This document shows, piece after piece, positions 29,529-40,313 of a DNA stretch of 64,000 bases. Each line of letters starts with the position of its first letter. Position 1 is the first letter of the stretch. The stretch is taken from assembly GCA_963703315.1 (NCBI GenBank), contig OY969811.1, positions 2,400,001 to 2,464,000 of the forward strand, given 5' to 3'. Both the position numbers and the translations under genes were made by a program. Origin of the DNA: an uncultured cyanobacterium (GTDB taxonomy: Bacteria; Cyanobacteriota; Cyanobacteriia; Pseudanabaenales; Pseudanabaenaceae). The notes under the pieces were generated by a model. That model searched no databases. It saw only the letters and a program-made list of their open reading frames with translations, and was not told where the DNA came from.

Positions 29529-32309
29529 ATGAGTCAAGCAGGAACTAACCCATGGGATCGCCAATTTGTTAACCTTGGGCGAATCATGCAGTTCTTGCGT
29601 GATGAAGATAGTATCGACAATTTAGTATCGGCAACCCTCGATTATCTTCGAGACAATTTTGAGTACAAACTACTCTGGATTGGACTCTATGATGCAGAAA
29701 ATCACCGCCTCAATGGGAAAGGTGGCACTACACCTGCGGGAGAGATCAAGTTTTTAAAAGAAAGATTTGGGCTGAATGCAGGGGATCTCCTTGATCAGGT
29801 GATTTTGCAACGTAAACCTGTACCTATTTCCGATCTGCGGCAAGAAAGACGGAGTGGCGAATGGCAAAAATTAGCGCAAAAGTTCGATATTCAAGGCACT
29901 TTACTCTGGCCGATCTATCATCGCGATCGCAGCTTTGGGGTAGTCCTCTTAGGCTCAACCCAATGGAATGTAACTCCCCGCAACGACGAAAGAGCTAGAC
30001 TATCCGTTGTGCTTGGTGCTTTGGGTGCGACACTGAGCCGCCTTGATGATGAGTGGCACTACCACAATGCTAAGCATCCTGATGAACCCTTACTCCAAAT
30101 TCTTTCTAAAATTCGGAATGTCCCTGCACTCAACGATAGGCTAGAAGAGATTGTGCAGGAAACCCATAGCTTTGTGATGCCTGCTCACACAAATATTTAT
30201 TGGTTTGAGCGCGAACATCAATATTTTTGGCGCAGAATTGCCAATCGTCAACCAGGTCCTAAGTCTAAGCAAGCAGTTGACAATACAGCTGGCGTAACCG
30301 TCCAGAACGCTCCGAGTTTGTATCAGGCGCTATCTAAAGATCAAATCGTGGTGGTGGTTGATGCCAAATCCATGACTAAGGGCGAAGTAAGCAATCGCGT
30401 CATGGAGCAGTTTGGGGCAGTTTCGATCATTATTGCGCCCATATTTTTCCAATCAGAACTTTTAGGATTTTTGTCAGTAGAAGGTGATGAACCCCGTCTT
30501 TGGACTGACGATGAGTTGAATTTTGTGCGTGGTGCAGCACAACTAGCCGCGATTACGGCTCCCTTAGAAGAAATGGAAGTAACCCTCGATCGCATTGCTT
30601 CCGATCAAATTCTCACCGCAGGGATTGCCAGAGCCATTTATTCGGATAATGATTGGCAAAGTGCCTTAGATCAAGCTGCCGAGCAGCTATGTCAACGCTT
30701 AGGACTAGAAAGATTTTGGGTTTCTACCTACGATCAAGACAATGATGTATTTCGGGTCAATTTTCAGTATCATCCTAAAAATCGCCGTCCCTTACCCACG
30801 CTGCTGCCTGGACTAGCTCCTGTTGATATGCAAATGATGGAGCAATCAACCGATGCAGCCACTGTAGAAAATCTCGATAGTGATTTTAAATTTCTTTCTT
30901 GGCGCAATGCCTTACTTGACCTTGATGTGCGATCGATGATTGTCAGTAGTACTGCAAGTGGTAAATCCTTAGAGGGAGTTCTTGCCGTCGCCCATGAAGC
31001 TCCGCGTACATGGTCTCGACCAGAACGAGAAATGGTGCAAGCTGTTGCCCAGCAAATTGGCTTAATTGTTCACCAAAATGAGTTACAGCGCTTAGCTGAT
31101 GAACGTCAAAAGTTGCATCAATCTGTCCAGTTTGGATTAGTGGCTCTGCAACAGGCTAATACCCTTGAGAAGCTGCATCACACGGCTACACAGTTAATGG
31201 CTCAAGTTACGCAGTCTCCTTTGGCTGTGTTAGTAGTATGGCTACCAGGACGACAAGGTGGACAAATTGCTTCGGTATTTGCCAGTCGCGATGAATATCA
31301 ACTTAGTGTTAACGAAACTCTACTGGCGATCGAAGATGATCCTCTTGTCCAGTGGGCAACCCAAAGTGAGGGGATTTTGCCTCTCAGTATTCACGACTTA
31401 CCAGAACAGACTAGGGCTTGGCTCAATGCCCCCGCCCTAGGACATTTGATGGTGACTGCTCTACGCACAAGTCCTGAACATCAGCCAACAGGAATGATTT
31501 TGGTAGCCGATCGCGTAGGCAGACGGTGGATTGATCGCCAATTGCAAGCTTTTAATATGTTGGCGAACCAACTATCTTGGTCACGTCGCCATCTATTACT
31601 AGTCGATCACCTCAAGCACAACCGCCAAGAACTCGAACGCCTCAACTGGTACAAGCATCGGCGGTTGGAAGATATCTATCGTACCGTTAGTTCTGGAGTG
31701 CAGCGCTTATTAGATACAGATGCCCGTGCGAATGGTACAGGAGGCATCAACAACATTACTTTGCAAAGTTCTCTCAAACAATTGCAAGGTTCTCTCTCTC
31801 CACTCCCACAGATTATCCGCAAGGAGCAATGGCGGTTACGTCCTAACTATGAGACTGCGCCCCTAGCAGGTATGCTCAAGAGAGCTTTAGAGCGCATTGA
31901 TTCGCTGGTCAAACAACGCCAAATTTGGTCACAGGTACATAACCAAGCCAATGTGGTCGTCGGTGGTGACATCGCCAAGATGGAAATGATTTTAAACGAG
32001 TTACTTCTATTTGCCTGTGGGCGATCGGAAGTTGGTGGCAGAATCGATCTCTGGTGTCGCCAGATTGATGAGAAACTGTTGGAACTATCGATCACGGATT
32101 ACGGTGTAGTTGATGCCTCTCTATTGCAAGAGTTACATCAAGGCAGAGCGATCGATCCTCTATCTCCTTCGTTACTGGATCAGCCACCTGGTCTACACCT
32201 CGCTATTTGTCAAAGTCTCATGCTCGAAGCAGGGGGCGAACTTTCTCTCTATCAATTAGAAGATAATCGCATCCTCAGTCGGCTCATTTTGCCTCTTTCG
32301 AGTTCATAA
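29529..32309 (+). CDS. Multi-GAF sensor protein with a degenerate histidine-kinase-like C-terminus
   Basis: Four GAF-like repeats (e.g. IIIAPIFFQSELLGFL, PRTWSRPEREMVQAVAQQ); C-terminal ITDYG...GLHLAICQSLM..GGEL. Confidence 0.8.
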   Translation: MSQAGTNPWDRQFVNLGRIMQFLRDEDSIDNLVSATLDYLRDNFEYKLLWIGLYDAENHRLNGKGGTTPAGEIKFLKERFGLNAGDLLDQVILQRKPVPISDLRQERRSGEWQKLAQKFDIQGTLLWPIYHRDRSFGVVLLGSTQWNVTPRNDERARLSVVLGALGATLSRLDDEWHYHNAKHPDEPLLQILSKIRNVPALNDRLEEIVQETHSFVMPAHTNIYWFEREHQYFWRRIANRQPGPKSKQAVDNTAGVTVQNAPSLYQALSKDQIVVVVDAKSMTKGEVSNRVMEQFGAVSIIIAPIFFQSELLGFLSVEGDEPRLWTDDELNFVRGAAQLAAITAPLEEMEVTLDRIASDQILTAGIARAIYSDNDWQSALDQAAEQLCQRLGLERFWVSTYDQDNDVFRVNFQYHPKNRRPLPTLLPGLAPVDMQMMEQSTDAATVENLDSDFKFLSWRNALLDLDVRSMIVSSTASGKSLEGVLAVAHEAPRTWSRPEREMVQAVAQQIGLIVHQNELQRLADERQKLHQSVQFGLVALQQANTLEKLHHTATQLMAQVTQSPLAVLVVWLPGRQGGQIASVFASRDEYQLSVNETLLAIEDDPLVQWATQSEGILPLSIHDLPEQTRAWLNAPALGHLMVTALRTSPEHQPTGMILVADRVGRRWIDRQLQAFNMLANQLSWSRRHLLLVDHLKHNRQELERLNWYKHRRLEDIYRTVSSGVQRLLDTDARANGTGGINNITLQSSLKQLQGSLSPLPQIIRKEQWRLRPNYETAPLAGMLKRALERIDSLVKQRQIWSQVHNQANVVVGGDIAKMEMILNELLLFACGRSEVGGRIDLWCRQIDEKLLELSITDYGVVDASLLQELHQGRAIDPLSPSLLDQPPGLHLAICQSLMLEAGGELSLYQLEDNRILSRLILPLSSS

Positions 32310-32362
32310 ATTTAAAAGTCCTGTAGTAGTTGCCATTTTGCCTACGGCAAAATGGCAACTAC

Positions 32363-32477
32363 TACAGCAAAGCAAGTTTTGCTTAGGACATAAAACAAGA
32401 AGTGAGTGGCGGCGCAAAGCGCCGCCACTCACTTCTTGGGTTTTGGTTTGTACTAGCTAACTCTTTATTTTGCTATA
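32363..32477. repeat. MITE-like element, family C' (TA(C/T)AGCAA...TTGCTATA)
   Basis: Copies at 52983-53096 (inverted), 58046-58158 and ~50034-50145 (partial). Confidence 0.8.
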
Positions 32478-32479
32478 TA

Positions 32480-35098
32480 TTACTCTGCGGAATTTTCAGG
32501 AAATAGCTTACGATCTAGAAGTGCTTCAAGGTCAGCAAACTCATCAATATTAGGTTCTGAAGTATTAGGATTAGGCTCTACGGAACTTTCTACAGGTTGT
32601 TCATTGGCGGCTTTATTGGATTTGTCCACATTGTTGAGTTCTTCTAATCTTGCTAAAAACTTATCAACTAGAAATTCTTGAACTAAGTACTTAGAATCTT
32701 TCGCGGCTTGATCATTACTGATTTCTTCAGAACTATCTTGAGAAACTGGAGTCTCCAAGTCTGGTAGATTTTCGCTAACCGTCTGCACATTGTCTGTGGC
32801 GATCGCTTCTATAACAGCCTCATCCGTTACTATCGATGCGGAAATATCATCGGCATTAGTATTTTCAGTTTCTTCGTCAGCATCTTCGAGATATTCTTGG
32901 AGAATATTTTCAACATAATTGTTGAAGGCAATCAACTCATCCAATTCATCATCAAAATCTTGAATTTTGTCATCTACTAGTTCTTGCTCAATAGGTGCAG
33001 CGATCGCTTCAATCTCAGTTTTTTCAAAACCCTCATTTATTATTTCTAGCTCTGAGATCGTCGGTGAAACATCTTCTAGCGCAATCTCAACTGCATCTTC
33101 TGCGATAACAGGCTCATTAGTTTGAAACTGATCAGATATTTTTGTAGCATCAGATTCTGTGTTTTCTGGACTGGATTCAACATTGTGATGCCGTTTAACG
33201 GATTTGCCAAACCCATGTTTTTTCTGGGAAATCCCTGATTTGCGTGTCTTTTTTAGAAAATCTAGTGCTTTTCGTTCAGGGCTTTGTGCTGTATTATTCA
33301 AATCCTTAGTTAAAGATTCCTCACTAGCGATCGCCTCTATCTCTAATTCTTCACTTTGTTCAACCCGTAGTTCTGTTTCAGGAATTCCTGAAACTATCTC
33401 AGTGGAAGATATATCAGTTTCTGAGGCTAAATTAATTTTAGTTTCTGAGATATCTGCTACTACTTCAGAATCTGCAATAGGATCACTAGGTTCTAAAACT
33501 GCTTCGACTAAAGCTTCTTCAATATTTTCTAAGGGATTTACCTCTTCAGATTCTTGAATAGTTTCTTCTGCTAAAATCACCTCAGTAGGTTCTAAATTTA
33601 CTTCAACTAGAGATTCTTCAGCAACAATTTCACTTATTTCTAGCTCTTCAGCCTCTTCCACAAGTTGATCATTAGCCTGTTCTGAAATAGTTTCAGATGC
33701 GATCGCTTCAGGCTTAATCTCTAAGATAGGCTCTAAAGATGTCTCAACTTCAGGTTCTACAAAAACATTCAAACTTTCATCTAAATCTTCAGATTCTTGA
33801 GCAATTTCGCCCTCTAGTAAAGACTCAACCTCTATTATTTCAACAGATTGATCAACTTCATCCTCAGAAAACTCATCAACTAAAGACTCTTCAGCAATAA
33901 TTTCACTTATCTCTAATTCGTCACCTTCTTCTTCAACTTGCTCATCTAAATTGATATCAAGCAATTCTGAAGTAATTTCAGCATTAGGTTCTTGAGACAA
34001 ATCAGAAACTTGAGATAAATCAGGCTCTTCAGTTTCTGGCTCCGAGGTCGTCTCAGTGTCTAAGACTTCATCGATTTCAGGTTCTAAAATCAAGGCTAAA
34101 GGCTCTAACACCTCATCTGGTTGACTAGCTTCTGTATCCAGAACTATCTCAGTAGGTGCTAGATTCTCATCAAGATCAGGATCTATAGTCAATTCCAAAG
34201 ATGTTAATTCTTCTGAATTCTGAATTATTTCATCGCCTGTCGCATCTTGAGTTATTTCAATCGGTTCTAATTCAGCAATCGGTTCTTCTGGATTATCAGC
34301 GATCGCCTCTTGTTCCAATTCTTGTTCTAATAACGTTTCTACAGACTCATCAGAGTCATTAATTTCTAAATCTGCATCGGTCTGCTCATCAGCAACTGCC
34401 GAATTTTCTTCTTGAGACGGATCAGTGAAGACAATCGCCTCTTCTTCAAAAAACTTCAATAACTCAGGCGATCGCCAACCAATATTTGTAAAACTGTTTT
34501 TGACTTTTTCGGCTGTAAAGGGCTGCAAATTGTTTAACTCTGACGCATCAGTTAGCAGTACTCGTAAATTAGAAATTCCTGATTGCAGCAAAACATTACT
34601 TAACAAAAAGAAAAATTCAGCCCAGATAATGCCAAACAAGCGTAGTCCCGAAGGAAATGGGGCAATCACCTCCGCTAAAGGTGCAGCTACATAAATCTTG
34701 CAAAACATAGCGATGGTTACGACTGCAACCGCGATCGCCATCCACCCTGTTGTATACCAACCGTTACTATTTTGCTTAATTAAGGTCAGGATGCGGCGAT
34801 CGCTTTCACTGAGGCTTTCTGGAGGCTTAGCCAAAACCCATAAACTAAAGGGAGAAAAAGGCTGTTGCCACTGTACCCAAGTGACTAAAGCGATCGCAGG
34901 GAATCCTAATATAAAAATTTCAAACCATGCAGGAAATACAGGATCACCGACTGCCAATCCCGCCATACTCATGACTAATAACCAAGGTACACCTGCGATG
35001 AGGGCAATGTTTCCCAAAATAAAAAAATTATTTTGGGGATTACTTTTGGGATTATTTTTTACAGTTATGTCGTCTGTGATGGGATTGGGGGATGTCAT
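32480..35098 (-). CDS. Cyanobacterial low-complexity-tail membrane protein (4 TM helices plus ~650 aa acidic tail)
   Basis: N-terminal TM domain (LAVGDP, WVQWQQPFSPFS) followed by a Glu/Asp-rich region. Confidence 0.8.
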   Translation of the reverse strand: MTSPNPITDDITVKNNPKSNPQNNFFILGNIALIAGVPWLLVMSMAGLAVGDPVFPAWFEIFILGFPAIALVTWVQWQQPFSPFSLWVLAKPPESLSESDRRILTLIKQNSNGWYTTGWMAIAVAVVTIAMFCKIYVAAPLAEVIAPFPSGLRLFGIIWAEFFFLLSNVLLQSGISNLRVLLTDASELNNLQPFTAEKVKNSFTNIGWRSPELLKFFEEEAIVFTDPSQEENSAVADEQTDADLEINDSDESVETLLEQELEQEAIADNPEEPIAELEPIEITQDATGDEIIQNSEELTSLELTIDPDLDENLAPTEIVLDTEASQPDEVLEPLALILEPEIDEVLDTETTSEPETEEPDLSQVSDLSQEPNAEITSELLDINLDEQVEEEGDELEISEIIAEESLVDEFSEDEVDQSVEIIEVESLLEGEIAQESEDLDESLNVFVEPEVETSLEPILEIKPEAIASETISEQANDQLVEEAEELEISEIVAEESLVEVNLEPTEVILAEETIQESEEVNPLENIEEALVEAVLEPSDPIADSEVVADISETKINLASETDISSTEIVSGIPETELRVEQSEELEIEAIASEESLTKDLNNTAQSPERKALDFLKKTRKSGISQKKHGFGKSVKRHHNVESSPENTESDATKISDQFQTNEPVIAEDAVEIALEDVSPTISELEIINEGFEKTEIEAIAAPIEQELVDDKIQDFDDELDELIAFNNYVENILQEYLEDADEETENTNADDISASIVTDEAVIEAIATDNVQTVSENLPDLETPVSQDSSEEISNDQAAKDSKYLVQEFLVDKFLARLEELNNVDKSNKAANEQPVESSVEPNPNTSEPNIDEFADLEALLDRKLFPENSAE

Positions 35099-35103
35099 AG
35101 TAT

Positions 35104-36246
35104 TTATCCTAAACCTGTGGTTAAGCGTGTCCAGAAACCTTCATAAATTTGGAGAACTTCAGCATCGAGCTTAGCAATGCGATCGCTTTTAGCAACAATT
35201 GCTTCTGATGGTTCTAGCGCCTTAATTGCTTTTAAGTCATCAGGGAGCATTGATTTTGCCAATTTGTTAGTTGTACCAAAACTATTAGAATCACTAATTT
35301 TGGCAGCTACGTCAGGTCGCATTACATAATTGATCCATGCATGAGCGCCTTCGATATTTGCGGCTCCCCTAGGTATTGCCATCGTATCTGTCCAAATTGA
35401 TGTCCCGTTACTTGGCAAAACATACTTAATATTAGGATTTTGTCTTGCCAAACTAATTCCGTCTCCCGAAAATGCCATACACATCATCAAATCACCTGAA
35501 GCCAGAGGATCGCGCCATGCATCCGTCGTAAAATTGGCGATCGCAGGCATCAGTTCCCGTAATTTTTGAAAAGCTAACTCAATCTTTGCGGGTTCTTTGG
35601 TGTTGTATGAGCTACCAAGAATATGTAACGCCATTCCCATCACTTCACGAGGGTCATTAACGAGCGTAATGCGTAAATTATCTTTATGTTCCCAAAGGTA
35701 ACTCCAATCAGTTGGCTCTTCCCCAATGATGGACTTAACCGCCTCGACATTATAAGCAATCCCTGTTGTCCCTAAACTGACAGGGATACTGAATATAGCA
35801 CCGCGATCGTGGGGGAGATCTAGGTAATTTGCCGCAATATTATTGATATTTGGTAATAACTTTTTATTAAGCGGGGCAAGGAGCTTGAGATCCCGCATCT
35901 GTGTCACCATATAGTCGCTAGGATAAATGACGCTATAGCCCGATCGCCCACCTGAAGCTTCTAACTTGGCGAGCATCACTTCATTGGAGTCATAGGCATC
36001 CCCCACAACTTTAATGCCAGTCTCCTTAGTAAATCCTTCTAAAACTTCTTGGTTGTTAACATAAGTCGCCCAACCATAGAGATACAAAGTGCGCTTATCT
36101 TGCGTAACAGGTCGCGGCACTTCATCCGTGTTCTCATTAGCATTTGGCTTATCAAAAATGCCACAGGATGTAAGCGTTGATACCCCTGCTAGTGCTGATG
36201 TTGCATAGACAGTCTGTTTAAGAAATTTACGCCGAGAGATACTCAT
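35104..36246 (-). CDS. potD: Spermidine/putrescine ABC transporter substrate-binding lipoprotein
   Basis: RRKFLK Tat/lipobox LTSC; YDSNEVMLAKL, PSDYMV and WTDTMAIP motifs. Confidence 0.88.
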   Translation of the reverse strand: MSISRRKFLKQTVYATSALAGVSTLTSCGIFDKPNANENTDEVPRPVTQDKRTLYLYGWATYVNNQEVLEGFTKETGIKVVGDAYDSNEVMLAKLEASGGRSGYSVIYPSDYMVTQMRDLKLLAPLNKKLLPNINNIAANYLDLPHDRGAIFSIPVSLGTTGIAYNVEAVKSIIGEEPTDWSYLWEHKDNLRITLVNDPREVMGMALHILGSSYNTKEPAKIELAFQKLRELMPAIANFTTDAWRDPLASGDLMMCMAFSGDGISLARQNPNIKYVLPSNGTSIWTDTMAIPRGAANIEGAHAWINYVMRPDVAAKISDSNSFGTTNKLAKSMLPDDLKAIKALEPSEAIVAKSDRIAKLDAEVLQIYEGFWTRLTTGLG

Positions 36247-36263
36247 ATATTAATGATTATTAA

Positions 36264-37424
36264 TCATGTAGCTGTAGCGATCGCAGTTTTGGGAAGAGCC
36301 ACACAGTCTTCAGGTAGCCATGACACATATACCTGACTATCAAAGGGTGGTGTTTTTTCGCCCTGATGATTGGAACGTACCAGCATGACCCTCACAGGTG
36401 GGACATTCTCACTAGCGTGTAAGTCCACTACAAACTGCGAGTGATCACCTAAATACAACACATTATTGAGAATACCGCGATAGGTATTGTAAGGCTGGTT
36501 TGGATATTCGGTAGAGAGGCGAATTTTTTCGGGACGGACACTAACGACGGCTTCAGCAATGGGGAGCCAGTGTCTTGGCTTGGCAGCAACGATCGCGAGA
36601 CCTGTTGAAGAGCGCAACTCTACAAAAGCGCCATCCTGCTCAATCACCCGACATTCAAACAAATTAGTCTCACCGACAAAATCGGCGACAAATGCGGAGG
36701 CAGGGCGATCGTAAACCTCTGATGGTGTGCCGATCTGCTCGATCCTGCCTTGATTCATCACCGCAATTCTCGAAGAAATTGCCAGAGCCTCACTTTGATC
36801 GTGGGTCACCATAATGAAGGAAATGCCCAGCTTATACTGCAAATTCGATAGTTCTACTTGCAGTTCTTTGCGGAGTTTAAAGTCAAGGGCGGCTAATGGC
36901 TCATCTAGCAAAATCACTTTCGGACGATTGACGAGGGCGCGAGCAAGGGCTACCCGTTGCTGTTGACCGCCAGAGATTTGACTAGGATAGCGATCGCTTA
37001 AATGATCGAGCCGCACTTGTTTGAGCGCATCTTTTACCCGTTGTTGAATTTCTGGTTTCGCTACCCCTTTGACCGATAAACCAAAGGCAACATTATTAAA
37101 AATGGTCATGTGACCAAAGAGAGCATAGCTTTGAAAAACTGTATTGACAGGGCGCTGATAGGCGGGAATATAGGTCATCGGCTTACCTTGAATCAGCACT
37201 TCACCTGCTGACGGCTCCTCAAAACCTGCAACTAGTCTTAGTAGCGTTGTTTTGCCACAACCTGACGGACCTAAAATACTAAAAAGCTCACCTCGCTGAA
37301 CTTGCAGATCGACACCTTGGACAACGGTATTTGTCCCGAACATTTTAAATACTCGTTGTAGCTCCACATCAGGGATCGTCCCCGTTGATGTGTCTAACGG
37401 TTTAGCAGTGGTTGACTGTGCCAT
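36264..37424 (-). CDS. potA: Polyamine ABC transporter ATP-binding protein
   Basis: GPSGCGKTT, VNTVFQSYALF, SGGQQQR and LLDEP motifs; TOBE C-terminus. Confidence 0.9.
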   Translation of the reverse strand: MAQSTTAKPLDTSTGTIPDVELQRVFKMFGTNTVVQGVDLQVQRGELFSILGPSGCGKTTLLRLVAGFEEPSAGEVLIQGKPMTYIPAYQRPVNTVFQSYALFGHMTIFNNVAFGLSVKGVAKPEIQQRVKDALKQVRLDHLSDRYPSQISGGQQQRVALARALVNRPKVILLDEPLAALDFKLRKELQVELSNLQYKLGISFIMVTHDQSEALAISSRIAVMNQGRIEQIGTPSEVYDRPASAFVADFVGETNLFECRVIEQDGAFVELRSSTGLAIVAAKPRHWLPIAEAVVSVRPEKIRLSTEYPNQPYNTYRGILNNVLYLGDHSQFVVDLHASENVPPVRVMLVRSNHQGEKTPPFDSQVYVSWLPEDCVALPKTAIATAT

Positions 37425-37466
37425 GTTATGTTCAAGCGTCTACTAATTTGTCACTTAATTTTGTCA

Positions 37467-39071
37467 CTAAGTCTCTCGCATTTTAGCGCGTTGTAGCTGA
37501 TAAATGAGTTGTAATGCTAGAGCAATTATTATGAAAATTTGTCCCGCAAATGCCAAAATAATATCGGAAAGTTTGACGTTTGACACGACAACCCAAGGAA
37601 ATCCAAAAAACAACCATAGTCCTGCATAGCGATCGGGACTTAGGGACAAGCTCAGCATTATCAAAACTGGTACAAAAATTAATGCTGCAATTGTTCCTGT
37701 CACCCATGCTGAGGGGTTGCGGGTTTTAAGTAAGTGAATTAGCTGAGCAATTACTGCAAACACCAACATGGAAAGGGCAAAGGAAATCACAATGATTAAA
37801 CCTTTAAGACGAGTTTCCGCATCAGTCCATGAATTCAACCAAATGATAATTGGCACTTGGGTAATGACGAGATTGATCGCGATCGCGATTGGTGCTGGAC
37901 TTTTATCTGCCCAAACTAGATCCCGTAATATATAGCCAAACCCTGATGGATGCTCTTCGGTAGTTGACAAAGCTCCAAATCTTACCCAGTCTAGTACCGC
38001 TTGTCTTTGGGGTGTCAAAGCCGCGATCGCCGCCAAAAATACAAAGAAGTTCGCAATATAAAGTATCAGTAATAGAATCAGTTGAATTTCTGAAGGATTA
38101 GAGACTTTGGCGTTTGCAATTCCTGACTGTAAACAAAATCCCAACATCAGGATCTCTACATAGGCAGTGATGAGATAGCTTTGCCTTTTACTAACTAAAG
38201 TGGCAGTGGGATTATGGAAACGTCGTTCTAAAATTCGCCAAATGGTAAAACTGACAATCACCAAGCTGGTAATTGTAAAAATATGTGAAGTCCAAATATT
38301 CGATGTGATGGGTAAATACCACCATTCTGTTTGAATAGGATCGAGTTTACCACCCACTAAAACCTTGCTAAAGGAACTCCATGTAGTGAAGATATTCCAC
38401 CACATAAAGGCGGGGGCAATCCAGATAAAGGTCAAAAAGGCAAAAACTAAGGCTCCTGCGGCGACTTGACCACCAAATTTAGCTTGCCAACCACTTAGTA
38501 GAGCAAGCAACAGTGCGGCACTAAATAACAGAAATGCTGTCCCAATTAGCAATATGTAAAAGCTGAATAAAAAGGCGATCGGCACATTGGCAGCGATCGC
38601 GGCGGTGAGTTGATAGGGAATTAATAAGCCCAAACCAATATAGGTCAGCAATGGCACACCCATGATTTTGCCCATCAGAATATTGAGGCTTGATCGGGGG
38701 CTAATCCGAATGAAGTTGAGTGTACCTTTGTAGTCCTCAAGCGAAAGATCGGCAACTAAACCATAGACACCAGCCAGAAACAGCACAAATGGCTCAGTCC
38801 AAGTAATAAATCGAAACTGCTCCAACCACCAGTTTTGCCAAGACGTAGCACAGCCAAAACCACGTACCTGTACATAACAATCTTCAGCGGGGATGCGTTG
38901 ACTATAAAACAACAGCAAGAGAATCTGGAATAGTGCAGACAAGCCGATCGCAACCATCAGATTACGCAATTTCAGCTTGCCCCGAATCTCCCGCAATAGC
39001 TGCGGATTCCAGTTGCCAATCTGATCAAGCCAAGATATTGCTTTTGGGGCATTGGGTGGAGAATTATGCAT
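37467..39071 (-). CDS. Conserved cyanobacterial multi-pass membrane protein (ABC-2 permease-like)
   Basis: WNPQLLREIRG and GTLNFIRISP..GKIMGVP motifs; ~12 TM helices. Confidence 0.75.
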   Translation of the reverse strand: MHNSPPNAPKAISWLDQIGNWNPQLLREIRGKLKLRNLMVAIGLSALFQILLLLFYSQRIPAEDCYVQVRGFGCATSWQNWWLEQFRFITWTEPFVLFLAGVYGLVADLSLEDYKGTLNFIRISPRSSLNILMGKIMGVPLLTYIGLGLLIPYQLTAAIAANVPIAFLFSFYILLIGTAFLLFSAALLLALLSGWQAKFGGQVAAGALVFAFLTFIWIAPAFMWWNIFTTWSSFSKVLVGGKLDPIQTEWWYLPITSNIWTSHIFTITSLVIVSFTIWRILERRFHNPTATLVSKRQSYLITAYVEILMLGFCLQSGIANAKVSNPSEIQLILLLILYIANFFVFLAAIAALTPQRQAVLDWVRFGALSTTEEHPSGFGYILRDLVWADKSPAPIAIAINLVITQVPIIIWLNSWTDAETRLKGLIIVISFALSMLVFAVIAQLIHLLKTRNPSAWVTGTIAALIFVPVLIMLSLSLSPDRYAGLWLFFGFPWVVVSNVKLSDIILAFAGQIFIIIALALQLIYQLQRAKMRET

Positions 39072-39100
39072 AGGTTATTTTACTGCGAGTTTCTTATGCA

Positions 39101-39473
39101 TAAGTAGCTAGGCTTAAAACCAGAGCTTGTGCCGCCAACTATGCGGGCGACACAAGCTCTGGTTTTTGGGTTTAACTATGCTGAGCTACTTAAGTTAGAT
39201 TTTATAGCCATAGCTAAGCAAGTTAAGACATAAAACCCAAAAGAGAGTGGCGGCGCCCGCCACTCTCTTTTGGGTTTTGGTTTTGTCCTAACATAACTGA
39301 CTACAGCTATATAATCGTTGATGTTTGGTATTACCATCAGCCTGTAAAAAAATTACATAAGAAATTACATAAGTATTTGGGCGCAATTAAATATAAAATC
39401 CAAAAACCTGTGGCGCTCGCTGCGCGAGCGCCACAGGTTTTTACTCTAGTTTTTAATTATGCCCAGCTACTTA
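39101..39473. repeat. Cluster of three MITE-like palindromes (39101-39192, 39203-39311, 39370-39473)
   Basis: TAAGTAGC...GCTACTTA (family B) and TATAGC...GCTATA (family C) termini, each with a long central hairpin. Confidence 0.8.
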
Positions 39474-39479
39474 ACTAAT

Positions 39480-40244
39480 ATGGAAAACGAAGTAGATCAG
39501 TCTGACTTAAAGGATAAGGATTTAGTGGTAGAGATAGATTCTCAAAATGATCAAAGTCCTCACAGTCACAAATTTCGCTTCGGATTGCTTGCTGTCTTAT
39601 TTGGTAGTAGTTTATTGATTTTGGGGCGATCGCTGATTGATAGCAATATTGGCAAACCGTCTCCTTTTACCTTTCCTGAGCAGATTGAATTTGCAAAAAC
39701 ACTAAAGGTTGTAGAACCTCAAAAATCAGAGGTAATTATTGATCATAAAAGCTTTTATGGCAAACCGAAGTATTTATATGGACAAAAATATAGCTATGTA
39801 ATCGAGAACATTCCTGTAGAGATTTCTTTACGGTATTTAGTGGGAACTGAAGCCGATCTTTTTATCTTTCTCAAAGAGCTAGGCAATATTGATCTTAAAG
39901 AAGATGAACTACGTCAAAAAGTTGTCCGTAAAGATCCTATCGGCTTCTATACTGCTTTTACCTATCAGGATCAGGCATATCTAAGCGCCTGTATTAATCC
40001 TCGTGGTATCTCTACAGTCACTCAAGAACAGTTTAATGATAATGCCAGCGATCGCGCCTTGGATCGAGAGGTGATCATAAGTTGGTTACTAGGACAGACA
40101 GATCTACGCGATCGGCGTTGTCTATGGACTTTGATCTCGACACCAATCACAGCCGATAGCAATCTCAAGGACACTAATCAAAAATTAGAGAAAATTTGGA
40201 TTTCATGGTATGAATGGTGGAAACCTCGGTTTCCTCAGCCTTAA
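39480..40244 (+). CDS. Cyanoexosortase A system-associated protein
   Basis: AYLSACINPRG..TVT..QF, DRRCLW and W..WW..RFP motifs. Confidence 0.8.
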   Translation: MENEVDQSDLKDKDLVVEIDSQNDQSPHSHKFRFGLLAVLFGSSLLILGRSLIDSNIGKPSPFTFPEQIEFAKTLKVVEPQKSEVIIDHKSFYGKPKYLYGQKYSYVIENIPVEISLRYLVGTEADLFIFLKELGNIDLKEDELRQKVVRKDPIGFYTAFTYQDQAYLSACINPRGISTVTQEQFNDNASDRALDREVIISWLLGQTDLRDRRCLWTLISTPITADSNLKDTNQKLEKIWISWYEWWKPRFPQP

Positions 40245-40313
40245 AATATCTTGTTTCTAAAGAGACGAGTGCTATTATTTCTCACTCCAATTTATGATGT
40301 TTCTTTAAAAAAT

